Origin: Acidobacteriota bacterium
Lineage (GTDB): Bacteria > Acidobacteriota > Thermoanaerobaculia > Gp7-AA8
Length of the DNA stretch: 64,000 bases
NCBI GenBank assembly: GCA_019244185.1
Contig: JAFATB010000005.1
Location: forward strand, 1 to 64,000
Reading direction: 5' to 3'
Position numbers and translations under genes: made by a program. Shown here piece after piece: positions 1 to 8,992 of this stretch. A model generated the notes under the pieces. The model had not been told where the DNA came from, ran no database searches, and saw nothing but the letters and a program-made list of their open reading frames with translations. Positions within the stretch are counted from its first letter, which is position 1. Every line of letters starts with the position of its first letter.

Positions 1-522
1 CTCGCCGCAGATGTAGGCCCCCGCCCCGCCGTGCACCACGATGTCGCAGTCGAAGCCGGAGCCGAGGATGTCGGCGCCGAGGTAACCGGCGGCCCGCGCC
101 TCCTGCACGGCCGCGGTCACCCGGCGGATGGCGTGCACGGCCTCGCCGCGCACGTAGATGACCGCGAAGTGGCAGCGGACCGCGTACGCCGTGATGATCA
201 CGCCCTCCACCAGGGAGTGCGGGTCGGCCATCATCAGCGGGAGGTCCTTGCAGGTGCCCGGCTCCGACTCGTCGGCGTTGACCACGAGGTAGTGCGGCTT
301 GCCGTCGCCCTGCGGGATGAAGCCCCACTTGTTGCCGGTCGGGAAGCCGGCGCCGCCGCGGCCGCGGAGCTCGGAGTCTTTGACGACCTGGATGACTTCG
401 TCGGGCGTCATCGACGTCACGGCGCGGCGTGCGGCCTCGTAGCCGCCGGCGTCGAGATACGTCGCGATAGCGGTGGAGTCGGGCTTGTCGATGTTCGCGG
501 TCAGTACTTTGATCGGATCCAT
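1..522 (-). CDS. nuoF: NADH-quinone oxidoreductase subunit F (N-terminal part; runs off window start)
   Basis: Manual translation from ATG at 522 gives [15 protein letters not shown]...[15 protein letters not shown]...[12 protein letters not shown]...[11 protein letters not shown], the NuoF FMN/NADH motifs; lies directly downstream of nuoE. Confidence 0.95.
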   Translation of the reverse strand, partial: MDPIKVLTANIDKPDSTAIATYLDAGGYEAARRAVTSMTPDEVIQVVKDSELRGRGGAGFPTGNKWGFIPQGDGKPHYLVVNADESEPGTCKDLPLMMADPHSLVEGVIITAYAVRCHFAVIYVRGEAVHAIRRVTAAVQEARAAGYLGADILGSGFDCDIVVHGGAGAYICGE

Positions 523-537
523 ATCAGTCGAGCCGCG

Positions 538-1068
538 TCACTTGAGCCGCGTGAGCAGCGCATCCATCTTCGCGACGTCCATGTTCTCGTGGTAGTCGTT
601 GTTGATCTGCACGACCGGCGCGGTGCCGCACGACCCGAGGCATTCGACCTCGGTCACGGTATAGAGGCCGTCGCGCGTCGTCTGGCCCGGCTGCACGTCG
701 AGCTTCTCGCAGAGGTGCTCGTAGATGTCGTACGCGCGCGTGACCATACAGCTGAGGTTCGTGCAGACCTGCAGGTGGTACTTCCCCACCGGCCGCTGGT
801 TGTACATGTTGTAGAACGACACGACGCCGAAGACGGTCGCCGGCGCGAGGTCGAGCAGCTCGCCAACGTAGACGACGACTTCCGGCGAGATCCACCCCCA
901 CACTTCCTGCGCGAGGTGAAGCACCGGCAGGAGCGCGGCTTCCTTGTTCGGGTAGCGCGTGAGGATGTAGTCGAAGCGCTGCTTCGCCTCGTCGGAGAAC
1001 TCGACCCGCTTGTTCGGATCGGGAAAGCGTTCTTTCGCGTAGGGATTTTCGGGATGCAGATCGGCCAT
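538..1068 (-). CDS. nuoE: NADH-quinone oxidoreductase subunit E (2Fe-2S)
   Basis: VCTNLSC and VECLGSCGTAP 2Fe-2S motifs; LLPVLHLAQ and VSFYNMY. Confidence 0.95.
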   Translation of the reverse strand: MADLHPENPYAKERFPDPNKRVEFSDEAKQRFDYILTRYPNKEAALLPVLHLAQEVWGWISPEVVVYVGELLDLAPATVFGVVSFYNMYNQRPVGKYHLQVCTNLSCMVTRAYDIYEHLCEKLDVQPGQTTRDGLYTVTEVECLGSCGTAPVVQINNDYHENMDVAKMDALLTRLK

Positions 1069-1077
1069 GTGCGGTGA

Positions 1078-1455
1078 CTACTTCCAATCGAAAGCGTTCT
1101 TCTTCCAGACGTAGACGTAGCCGACGCCGAGGAGAAGGATGAAGACGAGCATCTCGCCGAAGACGAACCAGTTGAGGCCATTCGGCGTGCGGGTGGCGTC
1201 GCGGTAGATGACGGCCCACGGGTAGAGAAACGCCGCCTCGATGTCGAAGAGGATGAACAGCATCGCGATCTGATAGAAGCGGACGTTGACGCGCTTGCGG
1301 TTCTGATCGAGGAGCGGGACACCGCTCTCGTACGGCGCGAGCTTGGCGGGATTGCGCTGGTGCCGGCCGAGGATCCAGTTCAGGCCGAGAAAGAACGCGG
1401 CCAGCGCGCCGGCGAGGAACAGCATGATCAGGATCGGCAGGTAACTGTTGGTCAT
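1078..1455 (-). CDS. nuoA: NADH-quinone oxidoreductase subunit A
   Basis: Three TM segments; PYESG, FILFDIE, FLYPWA and C-terminal WKKNAFDW motifs. Confidence 0.95.
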   Translation of the reverse strand: MTNSYLPILIMLFLAGALAAFFLGLNWILGRHQRNPAKLAPYESGVPLLDQNRKRVNVRFYQIAMLFILFDIEAAFLYPWAVIYRDATRTPNGLNWFVFGEMLVFILLLGVGYVYVWKKNAFDWK

Positions 1456-1515
1456 AAAAACGGGCGCAATCCTAGTGCGTGCGCACTGGCATAAGCAACT
1501 CGGAGGCCGTGCGCG

Positions 1516-1866
1516 CTAAGCGACGGATTCGGTGAGGTACTGCATCGCCGTCTCGCGCGAGTCGAAGATCTTGAAGACGGTGTCGAGCTTCGTGATCTTG
1601 AGCAGGGCGAGGATGCGGTGCGAGGGCTTGACGAGCGCCATCTTGCGCTGCCGGTCTTCGAATTTCTGCAGATAACCGATCAACTCGCCGAGGCCGGTCG
1701 AGTCCATGTAGTTGATCGCTTCGAAATTGATCATCACCGGGCCGGTCTCGTCGTTGAGCACTTTCTCGAGATAGCTGGAGAACTCGCGGGCGCTCTCGCC
1801 GAGCTTGATGACGCCCTGGATGTCGAGCACGGTGACGTCCTGAACCCGATTCTTGATGATGTTCAT
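1516..1866 (-). CDS. STAS-domain anti-sigma factor antagonist
   Basis: INYMDSTGLGELI (SpoIIAA/RsbV phosphoserine motif) and LKITKLDTVF; start trimmed to MNIIKN at 1866. Confidence 0.88.
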   Translation of the reverse strand: MNIIKNRVQDVTVLDIQGVIKLGESAREFSSYLEKVLNDETGPVMINFEAINYMDSTGLGELIGYLQKFEDRQRKMALVKPSHRILALLKITKLDTVFKIFDSRETAMQYLTESVA

Positions 1867-1891
1867 ACTGGACGCCGCGAAGTGTACCAGA

Positions 1892-2245
1892 TCATCGCGC
1901 ACGTTCTGACGCTCCTCCGATGCGGTTGGTGACGAGAGTGACGAGCGACAACACGAGCGCGCCGACGAACGCCCAGACAAAGCCGTGGATGTCGAATCCG
2001 GGGACGAGCGCGGCGGTCAGCTCGAGCATGATCGCGTTGAGCACGAGCAGGAAAAGTCCGAGCGTGAGCACGGTCAGCGGCAGCGTCAGCACGAAGAGGA
2101 TCGGCTTGATGATGGCGTTGAGCAGACCGAGCACCGCGGCGGCGATGGCGAGCGTGATCCAGTTCGGATGGCTGAAGCCGGGCACGAACGTGACCACCAC
2201 GAACAGCGCGAGCGTGTTGAGGATCCAGCGGACGAGGAGACCCAT
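1892..2245 (-). CDS. YvlD-like four-TM membrane protein (so-called phage holin family)
   Basis: LGLLNAIIKPILFVLTLPLTVLTLGLFLLVLNA signature. Confidence 0.85.
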   Translation of the reverse strand: MGLLVRWILNTLALFVVVTFVPGFSHPNWITLAIAAAVLGLLNAIIKPILFVLTLPLTVLTLGLFLLVLNAIMLELTAALVPGFDIHGFVWAFVGALVLSLVTLVTNRIGGASERAR

Positions 2246-2247
2246 CG

Positions 2248-3378
2248 CTATCCCTCCGAAATGTGCACGTCGATCTTACGCTGCGCGAGCTCCTGCATGA
2301 AGGCGTCGGGCGGAATGCAGCGCTCCTGCGGCAGCGCGCCGCGCGAGGTCGTCTGTCCCCGCGCCATCATCAGCGCGACGATTGAGGCCGGGAACGCGGT
2401 GGTGCGCATCATCGCCGAGAGGCCGGTCTCCGGATCCTGGCGATCGATGATGTCGTAGCGCAGCCGGCGGCCGTCGCCCGCGAATTTCACGCGCACGAGG
2501 ACGACGTCGGGCTCGTCGTGCGGCAGGTTCTGCACGAGCAGGTCGCCGAGCACGCGGCGCGGCTTGACGGTCACGCCGTCGACCGTCATCGGCTCGCTGC
2601 TGCAGAGACCGAGGTCGATCATCGTCTTGAACTTCGCGCAGTGTCCCGGGAAGCGGATCGTCTTGTAGTCGAGCTCTTTCACGTTGCCGAGGAACGTCTC
2701 CACGAGCGTCGACGTGCCGCCGGAAGTCTGGAACGCTTCCATCTGTCCAAACGGCGGCGGGAACTCGAGCGACTCGACCTCCGTCATCGACTCGACGATC
2801 GTGACTTTGCCATTGCGAATGACGCGCGCCGGCTCGATGTACTCGTTGATGAGCCCTTCGACGGAGAACACCAGCTGGTAGTCGAGCGGCGGACGCGGGT
2901 CCTGCGGCAGGCCGCCCACGCGGATGTGCACTTCGTCGAGCTGTTGGAACTGCTGCGCGCCGTGCGCGACGAGCACGGCCACCATGCCGGGCGCGAGGCC
3001 GCAGTCGGGGACGATGTTGACGCCGGCGGCGCGCGCTTCGGCGTCGAGCGCGAGCTCGGCGTCGACGACGTCGTTGTTGCCGCCGAGGTCACAGAAGTGC
3101 GTGCCCGCTTCGATGGCCGCTCGCGCGAGGCGCTCGTTGAGCCAGTAATTGACGCAGCTGATCGCGGAGTCGTGGCCGCGCATGAGCGCGACGACCGCCG
3201 CGTGATCGTTGCAGTCGATCTGCGCCGCGGTGACTTTCGACGGGTAACGCCGCGCGATGTCGTGCGCTTTTGCCGCGTCGAAGTCGGCGACGGTGACGCC
3301 GGTAACGTCGGGTTGGGAGACGAGATCGTGAACCGCGCCGAGGCCCATGCGGCCGGCGCCGAGAACAAGCATTCGCAT
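2248..3378 (-). CDS. Saccharopine dehydrogenase / lysine 6-dehydrogenase family protein
   Basis: Rossmann VLGAGRMG, FCDLGGN, DCGLAPG, VGGLPQ and YKTIRFPGH motifs. Confidence 0.88.
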   Translation of the reverse strand: MRMLVLGAGRMGLGAVHDLVSQPDVTGVTVADFDAAKAHDIARRYPSKVTAAQIDCNDHAAVVALMRGHDSAISCVNYWLNERLARAAIEAGTHFCDLGGNNDVVDAELALDAEARAAGVNIVPDCGLAPGMVAVLVAHGAQQFQQLDEVHIRVGGLPQDPRPPLDYQLVFSVEGLINEYIEPARVIRNGKVTIVESMTEVESLEFPPPFGQMEAFQTSGGTSTLVETFLGNVKELDYKTIRFPGHCAKFKTMIDLGLCSSEPMTVDGVTVKPRRVLGDLLVQNLPHDEPDVVLVRVKFAGDGRRLRYDIIDRQDPETGLSAMMRTTAFPASIVALMMARGQTTSRGALPQERCIPPDAFMQELAQRKIDVHISEG

Positions 3379-3392
3379 GACGGCGGCGGATT

Positions 3393-3770
3393 CTATGCGA
3401 GGTACTGCTGAATCGACGACATGAACGTCTTCACGTCGATCGGCTTGGAGATGTAGCCGTCGCAGCCCGCCTCGAGGAAGCGGTCTTTATCGCCGCGCAT
3501 GGCGTGGGCCGTCAGCGCGAGGATGGGGATGCGCTTCGTGCGCGCGTCTTCCTTCATCGCGCGCACGACCGAGAGGCCGTCCATGCCCGGTAGATGGATA
3601 TCCATGAGAATGAGGTCGGGGGCGTCACCGTCGGCGTCCTGGGTGATGGCCAGCGCTTCCTCCCCGCTCGTCGCCTTCACGATCGTGTAGCCGCCTTCCT
3701 CGAGGAGGAACTCGACGAGCTGCATGTTCATGTCGTTGTCTTCGACGACGAGGATCTTCCGCGAGCTCAT
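3393..3770 (-). CDS. Single-domain response regulator (DivK-like)
   Basis: ILVVEDN, LILMDIHLPGMDG, ALTAHAM and GCDGYISKP. Confidence 0.92.
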   Translation of the reverse strand: MSSRKILVVEDNDMNMQLVEFLLEEGGYTIVKATSGEEALAITQDADGDAPDLILMDIHLPGMDGLSVVRAMKEDARTKRIPILALTAHAMRGDKDRFLEAGCDGYISKPIDVKTFMSSIQQYLA

Positions 3771-3791
3771 GTGGGATGCGTCAGTGTAACG

Positions 3792-4787
3792 CTATCCATT
3801 CGGATTGCGGCCGTTCGGCGACGACATGCCCGGCGTCGCCATCGGCATCGTCCGCAGCTGCGGTCCGGCCGGGAAGAACGACGGATCGAGATCGACCTTC
3901 GCGCTGCGCTGGAGCTGCGACACCGCTTCTTCCGCGGCCTCGCGCTGGATGGCCTGCGTCAGCATCGGGCGGAGGTCTTCCATCGTCGGCTGCGCGACGC
4001 TGAAGATGTGCACGCCGAACTGCGTGCGCACGGGATCGCTGATCTCGCCCGGCTTGAGCTTCGAGACGACGGACGCGATCTCCGGCGGCAGCCCTTCGAG
4101 CGGCGTCGCGCCGATGGAGCCACCGCGCGCGGCCGACTGCACGTCGTCCGATTCCGCGCGCGCGACGTCTTCGAATTTCGCGCCGGCGCGGATGCGCTGC
4201 GCGAGCGCACGCGCCTTCGCGATGGCCGCGTCGGGCGCGAGCGGGTTTCCGTTGCGCGCCGGCACCTGTCCGCCCTGCGCGGCGATGAGGATGTGCCGCA
4301 GCACCACCGCGCTCGTCTTCTGCTTCTCGTACTCGCTCTGCAGCCGCGCGTCGATGCGCGCCTTGACGAGCTTCTCCAGCGCGCGGCTGGCCGTGATCTG
4401 CGCGGTGACCATGTCGATCTGCGTGCGCACCTCGGGATCGTTCTCGATCCCCTGCCGCCGCGCTTCCTGTTCGAGCGCTTTCAGTTTCACGAGCTCGTCC
4501 GCCATCGCGCGGCGGCCTTGCGGCGACGCATAGAACGCCTGCGCCTGTTGCGGCGCCGCGCGCAGGAACGAGTTGAACTGTTCTTCCGTGATCGGCTCGC
4601 CGTTGACGCGCATGACCACTTTGCCGTTCACCGCTTTCTTCTGCGGCGACGGCGCGGACGTTTTCGCCTCGGCGACGAACGGATGCGAATCGATGGGCGG
4701 GAGATCGCGCTTCACCATCGCCACGCCGAAGCAGAGCGCGAGGACGACGAGGACGGCGGTGAGAGTGATCGAGAGGTCTTTTTTCAA
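3792..4787 (-). CDS. Parvulin-type peptidylprolyl isomerase (PrsA/PpiC-like), membrane-anchored or exported
   Basis: N-terminal hydrophobic segment; VNGEPIT, RHILIA, FEDVARAESDD and SDPVRTQFGVHI. Confidence 0.88.
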   Translation of the reverse strand: MKKDLSITLTAVLVVLALCFGVAMVKRDLPPIDSHPFVAEAKTSAPSPQKKAVNGKVVMRVNGEPITEEQFNSFLRAAPQQAQAFYASPQGRRAMADELVKLKALEQEARRQGIENDPEVRTQIDMVTAQITASRALEKLVKARIDARLQSEYEKQKTSAVVLRHILIAAQGGQVPARNGNPLAPDAAIAKARALAQRIRAGAKFEDVARAESDDVQSAARGGSIGATPLEGLPPEIASVVSKLKPGEISDPVRTQFGVHIFSVAQPTMEDLRPMLTQAIQREAAEEAVSQLQRSAKVDLDPSFFPAGPQLRTMPMATPGMSSPNGRNPNG

Positions 4788-4804
4788 CGGGTACGTCCTT
4801 TCAG

Positions 4805-4879
4805 GAACGATGAACGATCAACGATGAACGATGACTCGCGGCGTGGCAGTCATCGTTCATCGTTCATCTCTCATCGTTC
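4805..4879. repeat. Palindromic element of 4 heptamers (GAACGAT) + GACT ... AGTC + 4 inverted heptamers (ATCGTTC)
   Basis: Read directly: GAACGAT GAACGAT CAACGAT GAACGAT GACT cgcggcgtggc AGTC ATCGTTC ATCGTTC ATCTCTC ATCGTTC. Confidence 0.85.
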
Positions 4880-4883
4880 GTCG

Positions 4884-4912
4884 TTGACGCTCCTCTCCTC
4901 TATCAGTATCCT
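4884..4912 (+). promoter_or_regulatory. Sigma70-type promoter of the nuoG operon
   Basis: TTGACG (4884-4889), 17-bp spacer, TATCCT (4907-4912). Confidence 0.65.
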
Positions 4913-4918
4913 GCGCCC

Positions 4919-4936
4919 TTGTGAAACTTTTCACGG
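4919..4936. promoter_or_regulatory. Rex operator upstream of nuoG
   Basis: TTGTGAA-ACTT-TTCACGG versus Rex consensus TTGTGAA-N4-TTCACAA; overlaps the predicted +1; rex ends this operon. Confidence 0.75.
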
Positions 4937-5017
4937 ACTCGTCCGTGAACGTCGCTTCACCGCCCCGCATCCCGGCGCCGGACAGCAGGCGCTCAATCTG
5001 CATCGATCAAACAACTT

Positions 5018-6559
5018 ATGGCTAAAGTTACCATCGACGGAATCGAAGTCGAAGTCCAGGATGGAATGAACGTCATCGAAGCCGCGAAAGCGGCCGACGT
5101 GCACGTTCCGCACTTCTGCTATCACCCCTCCCTCAGCATCGTCGGCCAGTGCCGCATGTGCCTCGTCGAAGTCGAAGGCATGCCGAAGCTGCAGGCGGGT
5201 TGCGCGACCCCGATCCGCGACGGAATGAAGATTCACGTCTGGAACGAGAAGGTCGACAAGGCGCGCAAGGGGCAGATGGAGTTCCTCCTCATCAACCATC
5301 CGCTCGACTGCCCGATCTGCGACAAGGCCGGCGAGTGCCCGCTGCAGGACTACTCCTTCAACTACGGCTCCGTGACCTCGCGCTACGGTGAGTTCAAGCG
5401 CACGTATCCGGGCATGGACCGCACCGCCATCGGCCCGCACGTCATTCAGAACATGAACCGCTGCATCCACTGCACGCGGTGCATCCGCTTCACCGCCGAG
5501 ATCACCGGCACGAGCGAGCTGGCGTTCTTCAAGCGCGGCGCGGCGACGGAAGTCGGCGTCTTCCCCGGCACGCCTCTCGACAACTGGATGAGCGCGTGCG
5601 TCACCGACATCTGCCCGACCGGCGCGCTGACGCCGCGCGAGTTCCGCTTCGAGTCGCGCGTCTGGAACCTCGACTCCACCGAGTCAATCTGCAACGGCTG
5701 CGACGTCGGCTGCAATCTCTTCATCGGACATCGCACCGGCCAGATCTTCCGCTACCGCCCGCGCGTCAATCCCGAGGTCAACGATCACTGGCTGTGCGAC
5801 TACGGCCGCTTCTCGTACGAACGCTACGAGACCGATCGCGTGGTCGTGCCGAAGGTCCGCAACGAAGACGACTACCTCGGCATCGCCACGTGGGAGGAAG
5901 CGCTCGACTCGATCGCGCAGCACGTCCGCGGCGCGGCGAACGTCGCCGTCATCGCCTCCGCGCAGATGACGAACGAGGAAGCGTGGCTGGCGAAGACGCT
6001 CTTCGCCGGCAAGCTGAACGCGAAGCTCGGTGTCATGGTCGATCCGATCGGCCCGATCAAGATGAAGTCGCGCACCGACTGGATCGTCGGCGATCAGGCC
6101 GGACCGAATTTCCGCGGCGTCAAAGCAGTCATCGGCGACGCGTCGATCGACGAGTTGCTCACGAACGGCGCGAACGGCGTCGACGTCCTCTACATCTGCG
6201 ACGCGCAGTTCAGCGATCGCGCGAGCGATCCGGCCGTCATCGCCAATCTGCGCCAAGCGAAGTTCCTCATCGTGCATTCATGGGACGCGAACCATCCGCT
6301 GACGGAAGTCGCGGACGTCGTCATCCCCGGCGCGATTCACGCGGAGAAAGACGGCACGTACACGAATCTTCAGGGACGCGTGCAGCGCATCCACCAGGCG
6401 TTCCCGCCGAAGGGACAGGCCGTCACCGATCTCGAGGCGTTCCGCCGTATCGGCGCGCGCCTCTTCCCGAACGACGAGGCGTTCCGCAGCGCGGACGCGT
6501 ACGACGTCTTCGCCGCGATTCGTGAGGAGATGCCGCAGCTCGCCGAGGTGAGCGCGTAA
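5018..6559 (+). CDS. nuoG: NADH-quinone oxidoreductase subunit G (short, 513 aa)
   Basis: HFCYH..GQCRMC, HPLDCPICDKAGEC, CIHCTRCIRF..CPTGAL and CNGCDVGC..C Fe-S motifs; C-terminal AEKDGTYTNLQGRVQ. Confidence 0.92.
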   Translation: MAKVTIDGIEVEVQDGMNVIEAAKAADVHVPHFCYHPSLSIVGQCRMCLVEVEGMPKLQAGCATPIRDGMKIHVWNEKVDKARKGQMEFLLINHPLDCPICDKAGECPLQDYSFNYGSVTSRYGEFKRTYPGMDRTAIGPHVIQNMNRCIHCTRCIRFTAEITGTSELAFFKRGAATEVGVFPGTPLDNWMSACVTDICPTGALTPREFRFESRVWNLDSTESICNGCDVGCNLFIGHRTGQIFRYRPRVNPEVNDHWLCDYGRFSYERYETDRVVVPKVRNEDDYLGIATWEEALDSIAQHVRGAANVAVIASAQMTNEEAWLAKTLFAGKLNAKLGVMVDPIGPIKMKSRTDWIVGDQAGPNFRGVKAVIGDASIDELLTNGANGVDVLYICDAQFSDRASDPAVIANLRQAKFLIVHSWDANHPLTEVADVVIPGAIHAEKDGTYTNLQGRVQRIHQAFPPKGQAVTDLEAFRRIGARLFPNDEAFRSADAYDVFAAIREEMPQLAEVSA

Positions 6560-7665
6560 TGGGTCACGCTTTCGATGCGACCGACATCACGCTCTCGATC
6601 GTCAAGATCGCGATCGTGCTGATCATGATGCTGCAGATCACGCCCATCATGGTGTGGGTGGAGCGGCGCGGCAGCGCGCTGATTCAGGATCGGCCGGGAC
6701 CGAACCGCGTCGGCCCGCTCGGTTTGCTGCAGTCGTTCGCCGACGCGCTCAAGTTCATCCTCAAGGAAGACATCATTCCGAGCGGCGCGCACAAGTGGCT
6801 GTACACGCTCGCGCCGGCGCTCGGTCTCTTCCCCGCGCTCACGACGATCGCGGTCGTGCCGTGGGGACGCGGCTTCCTGCTGCACGAGCGGCTGTTCCTC
6901 GGGCGCAGGCTCTTCGCCGGCGGCCGCTGGTTCGAGCCGGTCGTCGCGGACGTCAGCGTCGGCCTGCTGGTCGTCTTCGCGCTTGCGTCGCTCAGCGTCT
7001 ACGGCATCACGACGGCCGGCTGGGCGTCGAACAACAAATACTCGCTCTTCGGCGGCATCCGCGCGTCCGCACAGATGATCTCGTACGAGCTCTCGCTGAC
7101 GCTCGCCGCGGTGAGCGCGCTGCTCGTCGCGGGCTCGCTGCGGCTCACGGATGTGGTGTGGCAGCAGACGGGATCGTTCGTCCTCTTCAACACGATCAAG
7201 CTCCCGGCGTGGAACGTCTTCTCGCCGGCGATGTGGCTGAGCTTCATCATCTTCACCGTCTCCGGATTCGCGGAGACGAACCGTCTGCCGTTCGACTTCG
7301 CGGAAGCGGAAGCGGAGCTCGTCGCCGGCTACCACACCGAATACTCGTCGATGAAGTTCGCGCTCTTCTTCATGTCCGAGTACATGGCCATGGGGACGAT
7401 GTCCGCGCTCATCACGACGCTCTACCTCGGCGGCTGGGACATCCCGTGGTATCACGAGCCGCCGACGTTCCTCGGCTTCATCCTTTCGGCACTCTGCTTC
7501 CTCGCGAAAGTGTCGTTCCTCATGTTCGTGTTCGTGTGGGTTCGCTGGACGATCCCGCGGCTCAAGTACGACATCCTCATGCGCATCGGCTGGAAGATCT
7601 TCCTGCCGCTGGCCTTCCTCAACATCGTGCTCGTGGCCGCATTCATCGCGGCGGGGTGGATCTGA
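6559..7665 (+). CDS. nuoH: NADH-quinone oxidoreductase subunit H
   Basis: ERR..IQDRPGPNRVGP, QMISYE and ETNRLPFDFAEAEAELVAGYHTEYS. Confidence 0.96.
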   Translation: MGHAFDATDITLSIVKIAIVLIMMLQITPIMVWVERRGSALIQDRPGPNRVGPLGLLQSFADALKFILKEDIIPSGAHKWLYTLAPALGLFPALTTIAVVPWGRGFLLHERLFLGRRLFAGGRWFEPVVADVSVGLLVVFALASLSVYGITTAGWASNNKYSLFGGIRASAQMISYELSLTLAAVSALLVAGSLRLTDVVWQQTGSFVLFNTIKLPAWNVFSPAMWLSFIIFTVSGFAETNRLPFDFAEAEAELVAGYHTEYSSMKFALFFMSEYMAMGTMSALITTLYLGGWDIPWYHEPPTFLGFILSALCFLAKVSFLMFVFVWVRWTIPRLKYDILMRIGWKIFLPLAFLNIVLVAAFIAAGWI

Positions 7666-8195
7666 TGGAATTCGCCATCTTCTTCTTCTTCGCCGCCATT
7701 GCCGTGATCTTCGCGCTGGTGGTCGTGCTGCACCGCAACCCGGTCGTCGGCGCGCTGTCGCTCGTGGCGTCGTTCTTCGCGCTCGCCGTCATGTACGTGC
7801 TGCTCGAAGCGCCGTTCCTCGCCGCGCTGCAGATCATCGTCTACGCCGGCGCGATCATGGTCCTGTTCCTCTTCGTGATCATGCTGCTGAATTTGCAGCA
7901 CGTCGCCGAGCCGGCCACGCGTCCGGTGCAGCAGTTCCTCGGCTATCTGACGGCGGCCGCATTCGGCATCGGCCTCATTTACTTCGTGCTGAAGTACGCC
8001 GTCTTCGCCGCGCTGCCGAAAGGACCGTTTCTCGCGAACGCGCGCGTCCTCGGCATCGACATCTTCCAGGCGTACGTCTTCCCCTTCGAGATGGTGTCGA
8101 TCCTTCTCCTCGCCGCGATCGTCGGCGCGCTCGTGATGAGCGGCCGCTCCATGAAGGGCGGACGCGCGGCGATCGGCAACGAGGTGCCCCGATGA
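7665..8195 (+). CDS. nuoJ: NADH-quinone oxidoreductase subunit J
   Basis: True start ATG at 7665 overlaps the nuoH stop (TGATG); QIIVYAGAIMVLFLFVIMLL and PFEMVSILLL. Confidence 0.94.
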   Translation: MEFAIFFFFAAIAVIFALVVVLHRNPVVGALSLVASFFALAVMYVLLEAPFLAALQIIVYAGAIMVLFLFVIMLLNLQHVAEPATRPVQQFLGYLTAAAFGIGLIYFVLKYAVFAALPKGPFLANARVLGIDIFQAYVFPFEMVSILLLAAIVGALVMSGRSMKGGRAAIGNEVPR

Positions 8196-8494
8196 TCCCG
8201 ACGCACTACTTCCTCGTGCTGAGCGCGATCCTCTTCACCATCGGCGTGCTCGGCGTGCTCACGCGCAAGAACGGCATCACCATCTTCATGTCCATCGAGC
8301 TGATGGTGAATGCCGTGAACCTCACGTTCCTCGCGTACGCGCGGCAGTTCCACCAGACCCACGGACTGATCTTCGTCTTTTTCATCATGGCCATCGCCGC
8401 CGCGGAAGCCGCGGTCGGGCTGGCCATCTTCATCTCGCTGTTTCATCACCGCGACACCATCGACGTCGACGAAGCCAACCTCATGCATTGGTAA
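8192..8494 (+). CDS. nuoK: NADH-quinone oxidoreductase subunit K
   Basis: MSIELMVNAVN and AAAEAAVGLA. Confidence 0.95.
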   Translation: MIPTHYFLVLSAILFTIGVLGVLTRKNGITIFMSIELMVNAVNLTFLAYARQFHQTHGLIFVFFIMAIAAAEAAVGLAIFISLFHHRDTIDVDEANLMHW

Positions 8495-8538
8495 GTGGCG
8501 TAAACGTCGCAATCTCATCGGCTACAGGAGCTGATGAG

Positions 8539-8952
8539 ATGGACAAGACCGAAAAGCTCATTGACTGGGAAGAGAACGAACGGGAGGACCGGAACCGCAA
8601 CGGCCTCAGCGACGACATCGAACCGCCCATTCCGGACATCGCGGCGGGCGCCGCCAACTTCGCGCATCGGCTGAAGAACGATCCACTGGCCGATCCGACG
8701 ATCAGCGGCGGCGACCTCGACGCGCAGTGGGAAGGCGCGCAGTTCAGCGGGGACGAGTCGGCGGTCAGCAGCATGCCGACGCCGGACCAGAGTGTCGTCG
8801 AAGAGATCGGCGCGGCGATGGGCGTGACGTATCAGGACAACGAGGAACTGAAAGTCGGCGAGAAGGAACGCAGCCGCGACATCCGGCGCTGGGAGCTCGA
8901 TCCCGCCTCCTCGGATGACTATCAGGACCGCGTAAGAGACGAAGAACGATAA
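8539..8952 (+). CDS. Acidic hypothetical protein (resembles DUF6335 family) inserted between nuoK and nuoL
   Basis: AGGAG SD then ATG at 8539; SGGDLDAQW, PTPDQSVVEEIGAAMG and RWELDPASS motifs recalled as DUF6335-like. Confidence 0.7.
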   Translation: MDKTEKLIDWEENEREDRNRNGLSDDIEPPIPDIAAGAANFAHRLKNDPLADPTISGGDLDAQWEGAQFSGDESAVSSMPTPDQSVVEEIGAAMGVTYQDNEELKVGEKERSRDIRRWELDPASSDDYQDRVRDEER

Positions 8953-8992
8953 GCGTCAGACGAGGCTCTCCTCGCGCTGACGCGAGGAGAGC
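8953..8992 (+). promoter_or_regulatory. Two mutually exclusive RNA hairpins at the nuoL ribosome-binding site
   Basis: Hairpin A: GCGTCAG/CTGACGC plus CGAGG/CCTCG. Hairpin B: perfect 12-bp GCTCTCCTCGCG/CGCGAGGAGAGC covering SD GAGGAG. Confidence 0.55.

Noticed and set aside
1892-2245. Prophage suggested by the 'phage holin family' label
   Set aside because: YvlD-like proteins are common chromosomal membrane proteins; no endolysin, integrase or structural phage genes are nearby.
6654-7664. Long N-terminal extensions in the ORF track (nuoJ, nuoCD, nuoI, FabF-like, FAD enzyme, HAD proteins, GNAT, BTAD regulator) as fusions or frameshifts
   Set aside because: The extensions overlap upstream genes in another frame. 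Internal starts with stop/start coupling or adjacent -10 boxes explain the real genes.
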